64,000 bases of DNA from the human T2T-CHM13v2.0 reference genome, Homo sapiens. The stretch lies in NCBI RefSeq assembly GCF_009914755.1, contig NC_060935.1; one strand, 5' to 3'. The notes beneath the pieces are model-generated. The model ran no database searches. It was not told the origin of the DNA and was given only the letters and a program-made list of their open reading frames with translations. The translations under genes and the position numbers were made by a program. Position 1 is the stretch's first letter. Each line of letters opens with the position of its first letter. Positions 52,534 to 64,000 of the stretch are shown in pieces.

Positions 52534-53570
52534 TGTAACCACCCAAGTGGTTCACCTTGCCCGCTGCCTAGACAGAGCCGATTCATCAAGACAGAGAAAT
52601 TGCAATAGAGAAAGATTCATGCAGAGCCAGCTGTATGGGAGACCAGAGTTTTATTATTACTCAAATTAGTCTCCCTGAGCATTTGGAGAGCAGCGTGTTT
52701 TTTTATTGTTGTTGTTGCTTGTTTTTGTTTTGTTTTGTTTTGTTGTTGTTTTTTGAGATGGAGTCTCACTCTGTTGCCCAGGCTGGAGTGCAGTGGCACT
52801 ATCTCAGCACACTACAACCTCCACCTCCCTGATCAAGCAATTCCCCTGCGTCAGCCTCCTGAGCAGCTGGGATTACAGGCATCCCCACCACACCTGGCTA
52901 ATTTTTTTGTATTTTTAGTAGAGACGGGGTTTCACCATGTTGGCCAGACTGGTCTCGAACTCCTGACCTCAGGCAATCCGCCCGCCTCAGCCTCCCAAAG
53001 TGCTGGGATTACAGGCGTGAGCCACCACGCCGGGCAGAAGAGCAGAGTTTTTAAGGATAACTTGGCAGGGCGGGGGAAGCCAGTGAGCCAGAACTGCTGA
53101 TTGGTCAGGGATGAAATCACTGGGAGTCCAAGCTGTCTTCTTGTGCTGAGTCAATTCTTAGGTCATGGGGCCACAATATCAACTGAGCCAGTTTATTGAT
53201 CTGGGTGGGGCCAGCTGATCCATCAAGTGCAGGGTCTGCAAAATATCTCAAACACTGATTTTAGGAGCAGTTTAGGGAGGGTCAGAACCCCGTAGCCTCC
53301 AGCTGCATGACTCCTACACCATAATTTCTAATCCTGTGGCTGTTAGTCCTACAAAAGCAATCTAGTCCCCAGGCAAGAAGGAGGTCTGCTTTGGGAAAGG
53401 GCTGTTACCGTCTTTGTTTAAACTATAAACTACAAACTGAGTTTCTGCCAAAGTTATTTAAGCCTACACCCAGGAATGAACAAGGATGGCTTGGAGGTTC
53501 AAAGCAAGATGGAATTGGTAAAGTTAGATCTCTTTCACTGTCTCAGTCATAATTTTGCAAAGGTGGTTTA
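52534..53570 (-). mobile_element. LTR8-like ERV1 LTR interrupted by AluS (52700-53034)
   Basis: tgtaaccacccaagtggttcaccttgcccgctgcctagacagagccgatt...aattttgcaaaggtggttt. Confidence 0.82.
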
Positions 53571-55795
<2,225 letters not shown>

Positions 55796-55801
55796 ATGTT
55801 C

Positions 55802-56124
<323 letters not shown>

Positions 56125-56559
56125 TCATTATTAAGAAAAATAAGACTTACTGAACACAAGCACTGTGATACTGTGACAGTTGATTTGATAACTGAGATGA
56201 CTGCTAAGTGACTAATAAATGGGTAGTGTATATAGCATGGATATAATGAACAAAGCGATGATTCACATCTGGAGTGGGACAGAGCAGGATGGCTGAGATT
56301 TCATCATACTATATACTACTCAGAACGGCATGCAATTTAAGACTTATGAATTATTTCTGGAATTTTCCATTTAATCTTTTTGGACTGTAGTTGACTGCTG
56401 GTAACTGAAACCCAGGAAAGTGAAACTGCATATAAGCGGGGGACTACTGTGTTGACGTAGACAACTATGCTTGACCTCAACTAAGACATTGGCTCAACAA
56501 AGAACAGCTTGCAACAGAACTAAACCACTCCAGACTAACCTAATTCAGAACCAAAGCCC

Positions 56560-58120
56560 GTGGGAGGTTGAGGCAGGAGGATCACTTAAGCCCAGGAGTT
56601 CAAGACCAGCCTAGGCAATACAGAGAGACCCCATCTGTACAAAAAATAAAATTAGGCAGGCATGGTGGTGCACGCCTGCGGTCCCGGATACTCCAAAGGC
56701 TAAGATGGGAGGATGGCTTGAGCCTGGGAGGTCAAGGCTGTAGTGTGCCTTGACTGTGCTACTGCACTCCAGCCTGGGTGACAGAGAGAGAGAGAGACTG
56801 TCGGGGGGTGGGGGGAAGCCTGATTTAGGATGGCTTAGAGCCCAGAATATGCTAGCTTATTCCCGTATTCACTCACTCATTATCATCAAGTAGGTATTTA
56901 CTGTAGGTCTACTCTGTTCCAAGCACTGTGGTAAGTGCTTAGGATGATCTGGACATGGGAGGATTTCCTAGAAGCTTGTACCACCCTAGTGATCAAATGT
57001 AGGGCTCAGCTCCTCTTCCTGTTGTTGTCAGCACATCCAGACTAGTGTCATCAGATAAGCTTGCATAGATTTTCCCCATGACATCATATTCTGCTTCATT
57101 TTCATATGGCAAATTTTGTCATATAATAGCATGTCTCATCATGGCCCCACCCCATAACCTTTTGACCTAGTAGATTTCTATACTGGCTTATGACCATTCA
57201 CTATACAAATATTTATTAAATGACTTTAGATTGCCAGAAAATACTGCCTTTAAGTAACTCACAATCTTTAATTCTACCAAAGGAAATTGATAAAATTGTT
57301 TAAAAAGCTACTCCACTGTGATAAATTTTATAATAAAGATGTCTTCAAAGTTCTGTAGGAGGAGGAGTTGTTTCTTTTTTCTTTTTCTTTTTTCTTTTTT
57401 TTTTTTTTTTTGAGACAGAGTCTCACTGTGTTGACCAGCCTGGAGTGCAATGGTGCAATCTTGGCTCACTGCAACCTCTGCCTCCCAGGTTCAAGCCATT
57501 CTCCTGCCTCAGCCTTCTGAGTAGCTGGGATTACAGTCACCCACCATCAAGCCCAGCTAATTTTTGTATTTTTAGTAGAGACGGGCTTTTGCCATGTTGG
57601 CCAGGCTAGTCTCAAACTCCTGACTTCATGATCTGCCTGCCTCTGCCTCCCAAAATGTTGGGATTACAGGCATGAGCCACTGCGCCCGGCCAGGAGTTGT
57701 TTCTTAATGCTAGGAGAGTGTGGCTTGGGGAAGTAATTTCTCCACTGTTATTTGAAGAATAATTCAGAGTTCAGTGAAAGAGAAGGGCCTTCTAAGAAAA
57801 GGAACAGTTTGAGCTGAGGTATGCAGGCAGTAAAGAGAGTGGGATGTTTCAAGGACAGTTGTTGATGATGTTATGGATCTTTTGAAGATATGGTTTATAC
57901 CACTTGGGGAGTAATAAGATTTCTTCTAAACCTGACCCAAGGATATTTGACACCAGGGATTTGTGTGGGTTTTTTGTACTTTTTACGTATTTATTTTTTC
58001 TGTAGAGTTGAGGTCTCACTATGCTGCCAAGGCTGGTCTTGAACTACTGGCCTCAAGCCATCCTCCTGCTTTGGCCTCTCAAATTGTTGGGATTACAGGT
58101 GTGATTCACCATGTCCAGCC
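56560..58120. mobile_element. AluJ (56560-56798 plus), AluS (57372-57691 minus), FLAM (57990-58120 minus)
   Basis: Alu consensus; TSD aggagttgtttctt for the second. Confidence 0.88.
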
Positions 58121-58266
58121 AACACCAAGGATATTTAACAACAAACATATAATAAGAATTATGTCAATATCAGTGAATTTTCTTGGAAAGTATTTTATGA
58201 GTCAAATTTTATTGATTCAGTTTAATTCCATGATTAATGCATGCACTATAAAGCTCTTGAATACAC

Positions 58267-59142
<876 letters not shown>

Positions 59143-59357
59143 ATACAATGGGGGCAAAATACTCCCAGAAGTCAAGGGTGGCAGGATCGGAATATTCTTG
59201 GGGTTAAAACAGCAGTGTATCAATATTCCACTGCTTCCATCCTTGTCACAATGAATTTCCTAAGGTCTACATAGCTTCTCATGTCATAGATTACCTTCCC
59301 CTCCTACAACATATTTCCCAACATTACCTCACCTCTTTGTTATATGGAATTCCCCAA

Positions 59358-59695
59358 ACCAGTGTCACAAACTTGAATGCCCACAAGTGCTAGGTGGATA
59401 ATATGAGTAAAACTAACTAAATGAGGACTGTGGTAAACTAAGAGTACCTGTCTCATCCAAAAAAAGAAAGCTGTTAGTGTGCTCCAGCCAGCTGTTGCCA
59501 GGTAGGAATGCAGACCAAAGGTTGTCAGAACTCCCAACATTTTTAAAAAGAAGCCAGAAATCCTGATTTTTATTATAGAAATTCCAAATTTGGCAACTAA
59601 CTGGGGAAGAAACACACAAAATCCTGTGTGCAGGCCAACAAAACATGTCTATGGGCCAGATCCCACCCCTGGGCAGCAGTCTTGTGATCTTTGTC
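59358..59695. mobile_element. MER102-like hAT-Charlie element
   Basis: gtcacaaacttgaatgcc...ctccagccagctgttgcca...aagaagccagaaatcc...caggccaacaaaacat..tgggccagat. Confidence 0.65.
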
Positions 59696-59714
59696 CTAAA
59701 ACTTTCAAACTTTT

Positions 59715-60172
59715 CTATGTTATCATGCTTGAAGGAATGAATGACTGCTCCATTCCCTTATGACATCATGATCACTGACTTCCCAAATATGGGCCCAACC
59801 CTTTTCCTGTTGTGCACCTCCCACTGGTGATTTCAGAGTTTGACCATCCCTTTAAGATGTCAAGTTTTTGTAATGTCCTGAGCCCTGTCTTTGTGATGTC
59901 ATAAACTATATGAACAGTCTTCCCCTCCACTTTTGAGGGTTGCTTGGCCACACCCCCTATGACATCATGAATTGCTCTAACACCTTGGAATAACAACTTA
60001 TTCCTCCATATTATTGCAAGCCTTTGCACATCTCTTTGTATCATCCCCCTATGACATCATGTGTTAATCTCATCTCAGGACTGCAACCCAAGATTGCAGT
60101 GAGTGGGAAGATACAATTTTTACAGCATCACCAAAAAGGATAAGGTTATTTGGGTAAGTTCATGATGTCATA
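59715..60172. promoter_or_regulatory. Homotypic cluster of TATGACATCATG (CRE/ATF-Jun-like TGACATCA) sites, candidate enhancer
   Basis: Exact 12-mer at 59759, 59958, 60050 (plus) and 60161 (minus); TTATGACATCAC at 59893 (minus); unrelated spacers; function is inferred. Confidence 0.5.
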
Positions 60173-60212
60173 AGAGAATGTCTGCATCAGTAGAGCTTTC
60201 AAAAAGAATCAC

Positions 60213-63700
<3,488 letters not shown>

Positions 63701-63734
63701 GAAAGTGCAGAGCAGGTTGTTTGGGAAGCATATG

Positions 63735-64000
63735 CTACGACAGAGTTAGGTGTGCCAAAGGTTTATCAGGGGGATAATACCTGTGCAGGAAAAGGGACAG
63801 AAGCAGAATTGTGCAGGAGGAGTTTGCAGATAATGATGTAAACCTGACAAAGTCTCTGCCAGCTCAATGGAGGGGTTCCAGAGCAAAAAATGCCGGTTGA
63901 AGGGGTTCCGTGTTAGACTAGACCCATGAACTACCACCTTGCTCATTCATTGGCTGGAAACCTGCCCAAGAAGAGTATGACTTAACTACATGCCAAAAAG
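63735..64000 (-). mobile_element. ERVL-type LTR fragment (runs off the window)
   Basis: aaggtttatcagggg..atacctgtg..aaagggacagaagcagaatt...ctgacaaagtctctgccag. Confidence 0.5.

Noticed and set aside
59715-60172. CRISPR-like repeat-spacer array
   Set aside because: Eukaryotic context, repeats only 12-17 bp, mixed orientation, irregular spacer length and no cas genes

Overview
Primate (human-like) genomic DNA, very repeat-rich: about 90 Alu elements or fragments counted by eye, plus L1, L2, MIR, LTR and DNA-transposon relics. There is no intact multi-exon coding gene. The main landmarks are: (1) a CpG-island promoter at ~6950-8070 with ETS-CRE, CCAAT, GC-box and YY1 motifs, driving a minus-strand gene whose first exon (~7513-7650) carries a 21-codon upstream ORF and ends at a GAG|GTGAGG donor, so 1-7512 is probably its intron 1 (gene not identified); (2) a full-length processed RPS2 (uS5) retrocopy at 27885-28835 whose native start is killed by a 2-bp deletion, while the rest of the ORF stays open and in frame with ATGs in the flanking DNA; (3) a twin-primed, 5'-inverted L1PA insertion with a 15-bp TSD; (4) a deeply nested MER44/Tigger3/LTR8/MADE1/Alu complex; and (5) a dense cluster of the 12-mer TATGACATCATG (CRE/ATF-Jun-like) in otherwise unique sequence at 59715-60172, the least explained signal in the window. 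Repeat family names come from recalled consensus similarity, and coordinates are approximate unless anchored by TSDs.
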